This document shows, piece after piece, positions 15,746-25,045 of a stretch of DNA of 64,000 nucleotides. The stretch lies in the NCBI GenBank assembly GCA_036389675.1, contig DASVWI010000022.1:1112-65111 (forward strand), in the 5' to 3' direction. Source of the DNA: Pyrinomonadaceae bacterium. Its GTDB lineage: Bacteria > Acidobacteriota > Blastocatellia > Pyrinomonadales > Pyrinomonadaceae. The stretch's first letter is position 1, and each line of letters begins with the position of its first letter. A program made the position numbers and the translations under genes. The notes beneath the pieces are model-generated. The model had not been told where the DNA came from and did not search any database. It saw only the letters and a program-made list of their open reading frames with translations.

Positions 15746-17488
15746 ATGAAGATCGCTCGTAGATTGCTGCTCGCAGCGGTCGTGCTCATTCTACTGGCAG
15801 GCATCTGGCTCTGGTGGAACCGTTTCCAGAAGGTGGACATGGCGACCTATGTCCCAGCCGATACGCTCGTCTACATGGAAGCCAACAGCCTGCCGCAGAT
15901 CACGAGCGCCATCACTTCCACGGATGCCTGGACAGCGCTGGCCGGGCCAGCCGGTATCAGGACCGATCTGGGCCGGATTGGCTGGTTGAGCCGTCTGGCC
16001 CTGTGGACGGGGATTGGCCCGGCTGAGGCGGTGGTGTTTTCGCGCGCGCAGGTAGCCGTTGCCGTGATGGGTTTCGACGCGGCTGATGCTGGCGAAACCT
16101 TGAAGGTCAAGCCGCGTTATGCGGTCGTCGTTGAGACTCATACGAGCGCAGGGCGGGCGCGCTCTGCCGTCGAGAGCAGAATCGGGGATTTCGCGCGGCG
16201 CGCTTACAAAGAGCCGCGCTTTGAGCGCAGGCAGGTGGATGGAACAGATTTTTTGACGTGGAGCTCGCCGACGGATAAGAGACGCATCATCCTGGCCGTG
16301 TTAGAAAGCGTCGCAGTCATAGGCAATGATGAAGCTGCTGTGCGCGCTTGTCTGGCTGTCCGGCGCGGCGAGCGGCAAAATCTGGCGGGCGACGCACAGC
16401 TGGAAGAGATGCGCGAGCGCGTGGCCGGTAACGGGGCGCTCGCCTTCGGTTTTGTTTCGTCGAAGGGCGCGGCTCCGTTGCTGGAAGTCGCGGCGGCGAT
16501 CTATGTTGCACAGCTTTCGGAAGATCCGCGTATGCAGGGTGCGGCGGCGGTCGTCCTGCCGCAACTCGCGAGCAAGATACTGGGTGGCGCGGGGTGGAGC
16601 GCTCGCATGACGGGCGGCATAGTTGAAGACCGCTATTTTCTCTCGCTTCAAAACGGGGCGGCGGCACGCCTGCGTGCCCCTCTCGCATTCACTGATAAGG
16701 GGACGAACGTCGCCGGCGATCTATTGCCAGCCGATACCTATTCGATGTCACGCTACGAATCGGGCGACGCGGTGGCGGCATGGCGCGGCTTGAAGGGCGC
16801 GGTCATCTCGCAGCTGGACACGGTCGGCGCGTTCGTGGTTACGCGGCTTTCCGATACCCTGTTCAAGCCTTACGGGATTGACGAGCCGGAGACTTTTCTG
16901 CGCGCCGCCGGGCCTGAGTTCGTCACGGCGAGGTTGGACGATACGGGCACAAGCACGGTCATTATCGTAGAGGTGCGCGATGAAAAGGCGCTCAGAGAGT
17001 TGGTCTCCAGGAGGCTCGGCGCAGGGGCTGGAACGGAGCAGGTGGGCGATGCTTTAATGATGGTCTCGAAGGAAGAGGAGCGCGGCGCAGCCAGCTTCGT
17101 CGACGGGCGACTGGTTATGGGTGCGACACCTAATGTGCGCCGTTGTCTTGAAGCGCGCGCGAAGGGTCAGACGCTGAGCCGGGCCGATGCTTTCAAAGGG
17201 GCCGCCCGTCTTGCTTCGATGAACAGTGCGGCCAATGCTGTGACCTACACGGATGACAGGTTGTCGGCTCGCAACTTTATCACGGCGATTGCCATCCAGC
17301 GCGGGGCGAGCGTGAAGTCCTTCAACGAAACGGAAGTGGAGCGCTCGCTTGGTCAAATGCCTTACGCCGTCAGCGCAACGCGATTGTCCGAAGGAGGCTT
17401 CGAGAAGACTACGCGCTCATCCTTCGGGCAGTTCGGCGCGCTCGCCTCAGAGTTCGCGCCTGAGACTCAGTCCGGGCCGACGCGTTGA
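15746..17488 (+). CDS. membrane-anchored hypothetical protein, DUF3352-like
   Basis: N-terminal TM followed by YVPADTLVYMEANSL, typical of DUF3352 as I recall it. Shares blocks with the C-terminal half of the anti-sigma protein at 33145-35889. Confidence 0.6.
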   Translation: MKIARRLLLAAVVLILLAGIWLWWNRFQKVDMATYVPADTLVYMEANSLPQITSAITSTDAWTALAGPAGIRTDLGRIGWLSRLALWTGIGPAEAVVFSRAQVAVAVMGFDAADAGETLKVKPRYAVVVETHTSAGRARSAVESRIGDFARRAYKEPRFERRQVDGTDFLTWSSPTDKRRIILAVLESVAVIGNDEAAVRACLAVRRGERQNLAGDAQLEEMRERVAGNGALAFGFVSSKGAAPLLEVAAAIYVAQLSEDPRMQGAAAVVLPQLASKILGGAGWSARMTGGIVEDRYFLSLQNGAAARLRAPLAFTDKGTNVAGDLLPADTYSMSRYESGDAVAAWRGLKGAVISQLDTVGAFVVTRLSDTLFKPYGIDEPETFLRAAGPEFVTARLDDTGTSTVIIVEVRDEKALRELVSRRLGAGAGTEQVGDALMMVSKEEERGAASFVDGRLVMGATPNVRRCLEARAKGQTLSRADAFKGAARLASMNSAANAVTYTDDRLSARNFITAIAIQRGASVKSFNETEVERSLGQMPYAVSATRLSEGGFEKTTRSSFGQFGALASEFAPETQSGPTR

Positions 17489-17522
17489 CACCGCTGAGAT
17501 CAGCGTCGCACAGCGCGCTAAC

Positions 17523-17546
17523 CCTTCATCTTATATTTCATGAAGG
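17523..17546. terminator. small hairpin at a convergent junction, carrying the CCTTCAT/ATGAAGG motif
   Basis: 7-bp stem CCTTCAT / ATGAAGG with a 10-nt AT-rich loop, in the 58-nt gap between convergent genes. Same core motif as the type B elements. Confidence 0.4.
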
Positions 17547-18968
17547 TCAACTCGATGAGTCTTCCAGCGCAGGATAGTCGAAGGCGGAGTTGGCGAGCAC
17601 CGAGCGCAGGTTGACCTGATTGAATAAAGTCTCAAGATATGCGCCGAAGCGATGGAGCACGGGCGTCAATTCGATTGCTCCTCGCGCGGCGGAAACCTCT
17701 TCCATAAAACGCTCGCAGGCATCCCAATCCTTGTACATCAGGTAGCGCATGCTTCCATTGCGGAACGCATTGAGCCTCGCGATAAGCTGTGAAACAGGAT
17801 GCTGGTCGCGTTCCTTCTCCGCGCGCTTGACGAGTTGGAGCAGAAGCCAGAGGTCGCGCCGCAGCGCCGTCGATTGTTCGAGCTTGATGTGAAAAGTATC
17901 GAAGAGCCTCGCGCCGTCAAGCGCGGGGTCGAAGACCTGCGCCAGCCCGGTCGTGGATTGCTGGAAGCAGTTATTGAGCAGGCCGTATGCTGTTTCAATT
18001 CTGGCGTAGATCGTCGGCGCTTGCCGCATCGAGATTACGTCCAGCAGCTCCTGCGTGTACACCCGGCGCAGTTCCATCAGCATGGCATAGTTGGTGACAT
18101 CAAGCTCGTCAATGATCTTTTGATCGAGGCCCTCGGCGCGCGCCAGACAGGCTTCGATAAACTCCATCAGCCATCGCGCTCCTTCATGGATGAGGGCAAA
18201 GATGGGCAGCGTCTGCTTGAGCGGCTGATCGCGCTTGAGCAGGCTTTCGATAAATTCCAGTCGCCTGAGCAGCCGCGCCAGCTCTGTGAAAATTATGAGC
18301 AGGTCAGGGCCAAAGGAGGCTGGAACATCCGCGCGGCGCGTGAGGGCGACCAGCGAATCCTGCAAATTCTCCACCGAGTAATGCTGCTCGGTTCGCATCA
18401 CGGACTTCGCGCCCTCAAGCTGGTCCAGCTGGCGCGCCACAATTTTCCCCAGGCTGACCCACGTATGCAGGTTAACGGTCGGCTTTTCAAGCAGCGATTC
18501 GCAGAGACCGAGCGTATCCTTTAAGGCTTCCGCCAGCGTCATGTATGATCGTGCGGCGGCATTAGCCAGTGCTTCGGCATGGAAAGTCGCAGGCGGCGAT
18601 ATGCCCTGTGCCCCGTCCTCTTCGACCTCGTAGAGAGCGTCGGCCTGAGTCGTGTACGGGCTCAGCAGGCTGTAGGAGAGTTGAGTGGCGCGCAACAGCA
18701 CTCTGCGCGTGATGCGGGTCTCGACCGTCCAGTCGCGTGACGTGACTTCGGGTTGGTCGGGGCTCGACGCCGGGTGATTACGCACTTCAAAAAAACCGCC
18801 GAGAGCGCGCAGCCACAGGCCAAGCTCATGCGCCGGCCCGTTATTGCGAAAGATGTCCTGGCTCCCGTTCGTCGGCTTGAACTCTGAAGACTTTGCTGGT
18901 TCCATCCCTTTGCTTTCCGAAGACTCGCCGGTTGCTCGTGTCAGAATAAATTGAAAGATGGCGCTCAT
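17547..18968 (-). CDS. hypothetical protein, predicted all-helical, no family recognised
   Basis: 473-aa ORF with coding-like composition. The antisense ORF at 17799-18524 is Arg/Leu-rich and looks like noise. The start is uncertain; an internal Met at residue 22 is possible. Confidence 0.6.
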   Translation of the reverse strand: MSAIFQFILTRATGESSESKGMEPAKSSEFKPTNGSQDIFRNNGPAHELGLWLRALGGFFEVRNHPASSPDQPEVTSRDWTVETRITRRVLLRATQLSYSLLSPYTTQADALYEVEEDGAQGISPPATFHAEALANAAARSYMTLAEALKDTLGLCESLLEKPTVNLHTWVSLGKIVARQLDQLEGAKSVMRTEQHYSVENLQDSLVALTRRADVPASFGPDLLIIFTELARLLRRLEFIESLLKRDQPLKQTLPIFALIHEGARWLMEFIEACLARAEGLDQKIIDELDVTNYAMLMELRRVYTQELLDVISMRQAPTIYARIETAYGLLNNCFQQSTTGLAQVFDPALDGARLFDTFHIKLEQSTALRRDLWLLLQLVKRAEKERDQHPVSQLIARLNAFRNGSMRYLMYKDWDACERFMEEVSAARGAIELTPVLHRFGAYLETLFNQVNLRSVLANSAFDYPALEDSSS

Positions 18969-19096
18969 CCAACAGATGCCCAGTTTGATTGTAAGCGTTA
19001 AATCGCTTCTCTTGCAAAAATTCTTGTGAAATCATCGGAGGCGGGCCAATATCAGCCCTCTATTCTGGCCGCAGGGCTTTGTAAAGGTGACAGAAG

Positions 19097-19708
19097 ATGC
19101 CGAAGGAACTACTGATCGCTACCCGTAATCGTGGCAAAGTGCTGGAGGTTGAATCGCTGCTCGGGGCGTTTCACTTGCGGCTGCGAAGCCTTGCGGATTT
19201 CCCGGCGGTTGAGGATGTCGAAGAAACCGGCTCGACCTTTGAGGAAAATAGCGCGCTCAAAGCTCGGAGCTACGCCGCGCAGACGGGTTGCTGGACGCTC
19301 GCCGACGATTCAGGTCTGGAAGTCGAAGCTCTGGGCGGCGCGCCCGGAGTCTTCTCCGCTCGCTACGGCGGCCCCGAAGCGACCGACGCCGAGCGCGTTG
19401 AACGTCTCCTCGCCGCCCTCTCGCGCTCAGGCAACGCCAACCGGCGCGCACGCTTCGTCTGCGTCATTGCCATCGCCGATAGCAAATCGAACCTCGTCGA
19501 ACTATTTAGTGGGACGTGCGAAGGCCGCATCGCGCACGCGTCACAGGGCACGGGCGGGTTCGGCTACGACCCGGTCTTCGTGCCTGACGGCTATGAGCAA
19601 ACCTTCGGAGAGCTACCCGCCGAAATCAAACAGCAGATCAGCCATCGCGCTCGCGCACTCAAGGCCGCGCTCCCTTTCCTACTCGACCATTTCGGGACGC
19701 AAGCTTGA
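19097..19708 (+). CDS. rdgB: non-canonical purine NTP pyrophosphatase (RdgB/HAM1)
   Basis: LLIATRNRGKVLE, DDSGLEVEALGGAPGVFSARY and GTGGFGYDPVF motifs. Confidence 0.9.
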   Translation: MPKELLIATRNRGKVLEVESLLGAFHLRLRSLADFPAVEDVEETGSTFEENSALKARSYAAQTGCWTLADDSGLEVEALGGAPGVFSARYGGPEATDAERVERLLAALSRSGNANRRARFVCVIAIADSKSNLVELFSGTCEGRIAHASQGTGGFGYDPVFVPDGYEQTFGELPAEIKQQISHRARALKAALPFLLDHFGTQA

Positions 19709-19781
19709 CCCTTGAGGAAACGGCCCGCTAGAATGGCTGACACAAAACGGTTTGGCTTTAGTCAATGCTGAACTTAATTAG

Positions 19782-19856
<75 letters not shown>

Positions 19857-19929
19857 TCAGGATAAGTGGAGGCCGCTTTTGACAGTGGCCTTTACTACTT
19901 TTCCGCGTAAGATCATAGGATTGTCCAAG

Positions 19930-19959
19930 GTTGACTGAAAGCGCCTTCAGTCAACTTTT
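19930..19959 (+). terminator. rho-independent terminator downstream of tRNA-Pro
   Basis: 10-bp perfect stem GTTGACTGAA / TTCAGTCAAC with a 6-nt loop, followed by TTTT. Confidence 0.6.
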
Positions 19960-20003
19960 GAGTGCGGCGTTACAGTTCTGCTCTTTTGATTGAATTTGAC
20001 GAG

Positions 20004-20120
20004 ATGGACGCGGGGACAAGAGAACTCTACATCGTACTGGCTTTGATGGTGGTGATCTTTATTTTCGCTGTCGTTGCGGTCATCATTTTCTTTCGTCAAT
20101 GGCGCAAGGAGCGTAAGTAA
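20004..20120 (+). CDS. possible 38-aa single-TM small protein
   Basis: Below the ORF-track cutoff. Reads MDAGTRELYIVLALMVVIFIFAVVAVIIFFRQWRKERK, a hydrophobic core with a positive C-terminus. The SD is weak. Confidence 0.3.
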   Translation: MDAGTRELYIVLALMVVIFIFAVVAVIIFFRQWRKERK

Positions 20121-20220
20121 AGCCGCTCGCTATCGGACGTTCCCGCCGTCGAAAAGCGTCGGCGATAAAAGGCATTCGGGTATTTGCTCCGCCCGCGTTT
20201 TAGCTTCTCGCATAAGATTT

Positions 20221-22062
20221 ATGAAATCACCCTCGGCCAGCCGTACCTTCAGAACAGCATATCTGCTCGTCGTGTCGTGCCTGTTAATAGGCGTCTCGTC
20301 GGAAACGAACAGGGCCACGGAGGTCACTCTCGCGCGAAACGGTCAGCCCACGGCGACCATCATCATCTCGCCCACGCCTTCCGCGCACGAGCAGACTGCG
20401 GCCACGGAGCTTCAAACATATTTGCGCAAGATTTCCGGGGCGGCGCTTTCGATCTCTAACACGCCGCCGGGCGACGATCAGACCGTGGTGCGAATTGGGG
20501 TTTACGGCGCGGCTCCTGTCGCTGATTGGCGCGGAGAGCGCCCCTCCCCAGATGGATTCGCCGTCGAGACGCGCGGCAACTCACTCTGGATTGTCGGGGG
20601 CGACGAGCGCGGGGCGCTCTACGGCGTCTACGATTTTCTGGAAAGCCTCGGCGTAAGATGGTTCATGCCGGGCGAAATGGGAGAGGACATACGGGAGCGC
20701 CCGACCGTTTCGCTCTCCGAGTTGAAAAGGGCCGGCGCGCCGGCCTTTCGCGCCGTCTCGGGTCTGATCTGGGCCGGTGGCCCCGGCGCTTATGACTGGG
20801 AGCGGCGCATACGCGCTTCCGTCGGCCCACAGACGGCTTTTTTCGGTCACAACTGGTCGAACATCATTCCGCCGACCGCAGAGACAAAGGCAGCGCATCC
20901 GGAATGGTTCGCATTGCACAACGGCAAGCGGATTGACCAGCTCTGCTCGACCAACCCGGACGTGATTCGCATCACTGTTGAGAAGGCGCGCGAGTACTTC
21001 GATCAGAACCCGGACGCTCTGACCTTCTCCGTTAGCCCGAACGATGGCGAAGAGTTTTGCGAATGTGATCGCTGCCGTGCGCTTGATCGTCAGTACGGAG
21101 TGACGGACGGCACGCTGACTGATCGGTTCGTCCATTACGCCAATCTGGTGCTGACGGAGCTTGCCAAGACGCACCCGACAAAGCAGGTCGGTCTGCTGGC
21201 ATACGTGCAGCACACGCGCCCACCAGTCTCTGCGCGCCCGCATCCGAATCTGGCAACGATCATCTGCCACACGCCATGGGAATTCTGCCACGTTCACGCG
21301 CTGGACGACCCCAGCTGCCAGCTCAATCGTCGCTTTATGGAGTACGTCACGGGTTGGGCCAAGGTCTGCCGCCACGTCGGCGTCTACGACTACTACGGCC
21401 ACTTCTACGCCTTTACGCCGTGGCCCATCCTTCACGACATCAGGCGCGACATCCCTCTGCTTGAGCGCATAGGCGTCGAGCGCTTCATGAGCGAGACGCA
21501 ACAACACTGGGCCAATCAGGGTTTGAACTTTTACCTCGCCGCCCGGCTGCTCTGGAATCCGAAGCAGGACGTTGACCTTCTGCTCGCGGAATACTACGAG
21601 CGTTTTTACGGGCGGGCCGCCGCTCCGATGCGTCGCTACTGGGAACGGTGGGAGCGGGCTATGATCGAGACGGCGAAGAACGGCCACGGAGGCTATAAGT
21701 GGTTTGAGATGTTCACGCCCGAGCTGGTCAGAGAGTGCAACGGCTATCTGACGGAAGCCGAGCGGCTCGCGACAAGCGACCGCGAAGTGGTGCGGCGTCG
21801 CCTTGCATTTATTCGCAAAGGGTTTCGCTTTACGGAAGCATGGACGAGCCTGCGTTATCATGGCGAGCGGGGTGAATATAAGGAGGCGGTCGCTGCCGGC
21901 GAGGAAGCCCTCAAGCGTATAGACGAGACGACCGATTCGGAGCCGCAGGTCTTCTTTATCTGGCTCGCCAAATCCCAAACGGAGAAGATCATAGAACCGT
22001 ATCGCCAGGCCCTCGCCAGGCAAGAGGCGCAAGGCACAAGTGGAGGTCAAACGAAGCCTTGA
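20221..22062 (+). CDS. DUF4838-like secreted protein (GH-like N-domain)
   Basis: Start trimmed to MKSPSASRTF..., which carries a signal peptide. TATIIISPTPSAHEQTAATELQTYLRKISGA and a CECDRC block resemble DUF4838 proteins as I recall them. Confidence 0.65.
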   Translation: MKSPSASRTFRTAYLLVVSCLLIGVSSETNRATEVTLARNGQPTATIIISPTPSAHEQTAATELQTYLRKISGAALSISNTPPGDDQTVVRIGVYGAAPVADWRGERPSPDGFAVETRGNSLWIVGGDERGALYGVYDFLESLGVRWFMPGEMGEDIRERPTVSLSELKRAGAPAFRAVSGLIWAGGPGAYDWERRIRASVGPQTAFFGHNWSNIIPPTAETKAAHPEWFALHNGKRIDQLCSTNPDVIRITVEKAREYFDQNPDALTFSVSPNDGEEFCECDRCRALDRQYGVTDGTLTDRFVHYANLVLTELAKTHPTKQVGLLAYVQHTRPPVSARPHPNLATIICHTPWEFCHVHALDDPSCQLNRRFMEYVTGWAKVCRHVGVYDYYGHFYAFTPWPILHDIRRDIPLLERIGVERFMSETQQHWANQGLNFYLAARLLWNPKQDVDLLLAEYYERFYGRAAAPMRRYWERWERAMIETAKNGHGGYKWFEMFTPELVRECNGYLTEAERLATSDREVVRRRLAFIRKGFRFTEAWTSLRYHGERGEYKEAVAAGEEALKRIDETTDSEPQVFFIWLAKSQTEKIIEPYRQALARQEAQGTSGGQTKP

Positions 22063-22109
22063 CTAATGGGCCTGATACCAGCATCGCTCTCAAGCTCTTC
22101 ATCAATACA

Positions 22110-22877
22110 ATGAGGATTAAGAGAGCCCTGTGCCTCATCACTATACTGATAGTTTGCGCGGCCCCCGCCACGGCGCAGCAATCCGGCATGACGCTCGAAT
22201 CGTCCTTCAGGCAGGAGGTTCCGAGCGCGGCCAGCGGCGTGTTCGGGCGGGCGATGGCGATGTCGAAAGCCGGCAAGGGAGAGTTGGCCCAGACGCTCCT
22301 CAAAGAAGCGCTCAAGATATATCCAGACTATTTCGATGCTCATCTGGCGCTCGGCAATGAGTTGTTCAGGGCGGGTCGGCTACAGGAAGCGATGACGGAG
22401 TTTGAGCGCGCGCGCAGTATTAATCCGAAGGACGATCAGGTCTATCTCTCGGTCGGGCTGGTGATGATGCAGCAGAAGCGTTACGACGTGGCAGCGGCCA
22501 TCTTCGCAGACGCTGCGCTTCTCAATACGAGCGAGCCGCTTCATCCTCTCATGCGCGGCATTGCGCTCGTGCGTCAGGCCACGGCCATCCAGCAGCCCGA
22601 CTCAAAAAGCTCTGAAGCCGAACGTGACGCTCTCTTTAAGAAGGCGGAGGCGGCTCTGGCTAGAGCATCCGATTTAAGCGGCGGCAAACTGCCCGAAGTC
22701 TACCTCTACAGGGCGCTGATCTACGAGCGCCGGGGCGAGCGCGAGCGCGCAGCCCTTGAGCTTGAACAATACTTGCAGCTTAATCCGCTCGTGGAGAATG
22801 CCGGGGCCATTCGTGAGGCGATCAGAAAATTGCGCGCCCCTGCTAACACAGCCGCGCCGTCTCCAACGCCTCAGTAG
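22110..22877 (+). CDS. TPR repeat protein, secreted
   Basis: Start trimmed to MRIKRALCLITILIVCAAPATAQQ. Several 34-aa TPR-like repeats follow. Confidence 0.75.
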   Translation: MRIKRALCLITILIVCAAPATAQQSGMTLESSFRQEVPSAASGVFGRAMAMSKAGKGELAQTLLKEALKIYPDYFDAHLALGNELFRAGRLQEAMTEFERARSINPKDDQVYLSVGLVMMQQKRYDVAAAIFADAALLNTSEPLHPLMRGIALVRQATAIQQPDSKSSEAERDALFKKAEAALARASDLSGGKLPEVYLYRALIYERRGERERAALELEQYLQLNPLVENAGAIREAIRKLRAPANTAAPSPTPQ

Positions 22878-22907
22878 AACTCAAAAGAGGGAAAGCAGAT
22901 TGTCCCG

Positions 22908-23162
22908 ATGAGTATTCAAGAACTCACAAGCATCACCCCACAGGGCTCTTGCGAGCCTGCAAAGTGCGAGGCGTGCGGCAACGCTTTCAGCTGCGGGGCG
23001 TCCCTCGCGGGATGCTGGTGTACAGAGGTCACGCTCAGCGAGCATCTACGAACGCGACTGCGCGAGCGCTATCAACAATGCCTCTGCCGTAAATGTTTAG
23101 AGGCGTTCGCCGAGGCCGACCGTGAAGCGACGGGCCGCGAGCAGACACTGCGCGTTGATTGA
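22908..23162 (+). CDS. cysteine-rich CWC family protein
   Basis: CEACGNAFSCGASLAGCWCTEV...CLCRKCL matches the cysteine-rich CWC pattern. Confidence 0.7.
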   Translation: MSIQELTSITPQGSCEPAKCEACGNAFSCGASLAGCWCTEVTLSEHLRTRLRERYQQCLCRKCLEAFAEADREATGREQTLRVD

Positions 23163-23196
23163 CGAGAAAGTTTCAAGATCGAATCTCTCAAAAGCA

Positions 23197-23225
23197 TTGA
23201 CTCCCCGCTCAATTTAGCTTAGAAG
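23197..23225 (+). promoter_or_regulatory. sigma70-like promoter upstream of the response regulator
   Basis: TTGACT-N17-TAGAAG. Confidence 0.35.
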
Positions 23226-23263
23226 ACACCTGTTTTAACTATTTCCCCCGAGGTAGTTCCCCC

Positions 23264-23647
23264 ATGAAACAGATTATGGTTGTTGACGACGCCGCAGTAT
23301 GGCGACGGCTTTCTTTCAATCTTCTTTCGGAGGCCGGCTACCGCGTCATCGAAGCCGACTCGGGCGAGAAGGCGATTGAGCTGGCAAACTCCCTTTCGCC
23401 GCTCGATCTGGTCATCATGGACTTTGGGATGCCCAGGCTCAACGGCATAGACACGGCCCAGCGCTTGCGCTCGATTTCGGGTTATGAATCCGTGCCCATC
23501 ATCCTGCTTACGGCTGAGGAGTTTCCCGGCGACTGCGATCATCCGCCGGCCCCTTTCGTCGATGGCTATGTGGATAAGAAGCACGTCAGCGGCCAGCTCC
23601 TGAATTGCGTCAAGCTGCATCTGCGAGAGGCGCGCAGCCAGAGTTAG
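23264..23647 (+). CDS. single-domain response regulator (CheY-like receiver)
   Basis: IMVVDDAA, phospho-acceptor context LVIMDFGMPRLNG, and a conserved T/K region. 127 aa with no output domain. Confidence 0.85.
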   Translation: MKQIMVVDDAAVWRRLSFNLLSEAGYRVIEADSGEKAIELANSLSPLDLVIMDFGMPRLNGIDTAQRLRSISGYESVPIILLTAEEFPGDCDHPPAPFVDGYVDKKHVSGQLLNCVKLHLREARSQS

Positions 23648-23849
23648 CCGACCAAAGAGCCTTCAGTTCGAGCTTTCCTCTCACCGCACCGGTAAACGGA
23701 AGGGCGAGGGGCCGGGTCGGACGAGAAATTTTCTTGAAAAACGGCCAAAAAAGGCGATTTTTTGCAGACTTTAAGCCGTTGTGTGTGATATATGTTGGGT
23801 ATAAGTTTTTCCACATCGCTCGATTCATTGGAGGTAGGGACACCACGCT

Positions 23850-24164
23850 ATGGCAACTGCGGCATCAGGCAAGAAACGCATGACCCAATCGGAAGTAGTT
23901 AATCACTTCGCCGAGAAATTCGGCTTGAAACGCGCTCAGGCCAAAGAGATTTTCGATGAGCTGGCTAACCTGGCGAGCAGCGAAGTTAAAGACAACGGTG
24001 AGTTCGTGCTCCCCGGCTTCGGCAAGCTCGTGCGCTCGGAGCGCAAAGCACGTGAAGGCCGCAACCCGGCCACAGGCGAGACTATTCAGATCCCGGCCAA
24101 GACCACGCTTAAGTTCCGTGTTGGCAAGGGGATGAAGGACACCGTCTTGCCGAAAAAGAAGTAG
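23850..24164 (+). CDS. hup: HU family DNA-binding protein
   Basis: FVLPGFGKLVRSERKAREGRNPATGETIQIPAKTTLKFRVGK is the HU/IHF arm signature. A start at the internal ATG (23880) is also possible. Confidence 0.9.
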   Translation: MATAASGKKRMTQSEVVNHFAEKFGLKRAQAKEIFDELANLASSEVKDNGEFVLPGFGKLVRSERKAREGRNPATGETIQIPAKTTLKFRVGKGMKDTVLPKKK

Positions 24165-24199
24165 TTCGTTTTTCCGCATCGCACGCTTTATATACTAGC

Positions 24200-24262
24200 A
24201 GCGCCGCCTACGTATCCGCCTGCAAAGAGCATGGCCGGGTCGGCAGGCGGCGCTCTCATTAT
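24200..24262 (+). terminator. GC-rich stem-loop after hup
   Basis: AGCGCCGCC / GGCGGCGCT (9 bp), or alternatively CCGCCTGC / GCAGGCGG (8 bp). The T tract is weak. Confidence 0.4.
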
Positions 24263-24678
24263 TTCACCCCTCTTCTTCGGCGGCGTGAATTGAGGCGATG
24301 TCTCAGACCACACGGCTTCTTCAGCTTACGACCAATCAAAGATCAACCGCCGCAAAACTCCGCGGCCACCTTAAGCCCTTACGCTCCAACAGTTTCCCCT
24401 GTGCCATGAGTGCCGGGAAACGAACGAAAAATTTATCTGGCTTTTTCGGAAAGTTTCCTCTACAATCTCCTGTTTTGACGGAGACACATAAATGCACGTA
24501 TCAGTGGGAAGTAATCTGTAAGTGTGTTCTTCTGTACAAAATGTATTGGGAAATGCAACACTTTTGCATCCCAATTCGCTAGAATGGCATCTAAAATTCT
24601 CAGTTAAATCACGGCTCGGAAGTTCTGTGAGGGGAGAATCGAAACGGACTTTATCGAGCACTCGAAGGAGCTAGAAAA

Positions 24679-24927
24679 GTGACTTTTGACAGGCATCTGC
24701 CGCTTGAAGAGCGGCTTCAGCGAATTGACCATATTCAGGCGCGCCGTTACTCGAAATTAGGCGGGACGGCGCTGACCATCGCGACTGAGGGGATTATGCG
24801 TCACCTGCGGGCGTGTGACCGAATGGATGTCAATCCAGACACTTCCGCTGTCCGTGAAATTATTGACGACGCTTTGAATGGCCGCCGCGTTTTCGCTGAA
24901 ACCAGCGATGACCGTCGCGCTGCCTGA
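24679..24927 (+). CDS. hypothetical 82-aa protein
   Basis: GTG start with a perfect AAGGAG SD 8 nt upstream. No family recognised. Confidence 0.55.
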   Translation: MTFDRHLPLEERLQRIDHIQARRYSKLGGTALTIATEGIMRHLRACDRMDVNPDTSAVREIIDDALNGRRVFAETSDDRRAA

Positions 24928-24955
24928 AATACCTTGCGTTTTGCGACATATAGAG

Positions 24956-24986
24956 GCCGTCATCCCTCGGATGGCGGTCTCTTTCC
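24956..24986 (+). terminator. hairpin after the 82-aa ORF
   Basis: 10-bp stem GCCGTCATCC / GGATGGCGGT (two G-U pairs) with a 3-nt loop, followed by CTCTTTCC. Confidence 0.35.
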
Positions 24987-25045
24987 ATGCCGAAAATCGA
25001 GATTTCCCACAAAAAGCGGGCTTCCCTTCCTCCAACATACAAATT

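Noticed and set aside
20074-20220. Long N-terminal extensions in the ORF track (20074, 22059, 28434, 31434, 33072, 37219, 39044, 45775, 53014, 57706, 58605, 59921, 11205, 36448, 45634)
   Set aside because: In each case an internal ATG, GTG or TTG is followed by a signal peptide or conserved N-terminus and/or preceded by a better SD. The extensions are Arg-rich and overlap upstream genes or repeats.
20581-22050. 489-aa antisense ORF opposite the DUF4838-like gene
   Set aside because: Arg/Leu/Pro-rich translation with no motifs, a typical GC-rich shadow ORF.
24298-24661. 94-aa (+) and 96-aa (-) ORFs in the AT-rich island
   Set aside because: They overlap each other on opposite strands, have no SD and show unusual Cys/Phe/Lys-rich composition. 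I treat the region as noncoding of unknown function instead.
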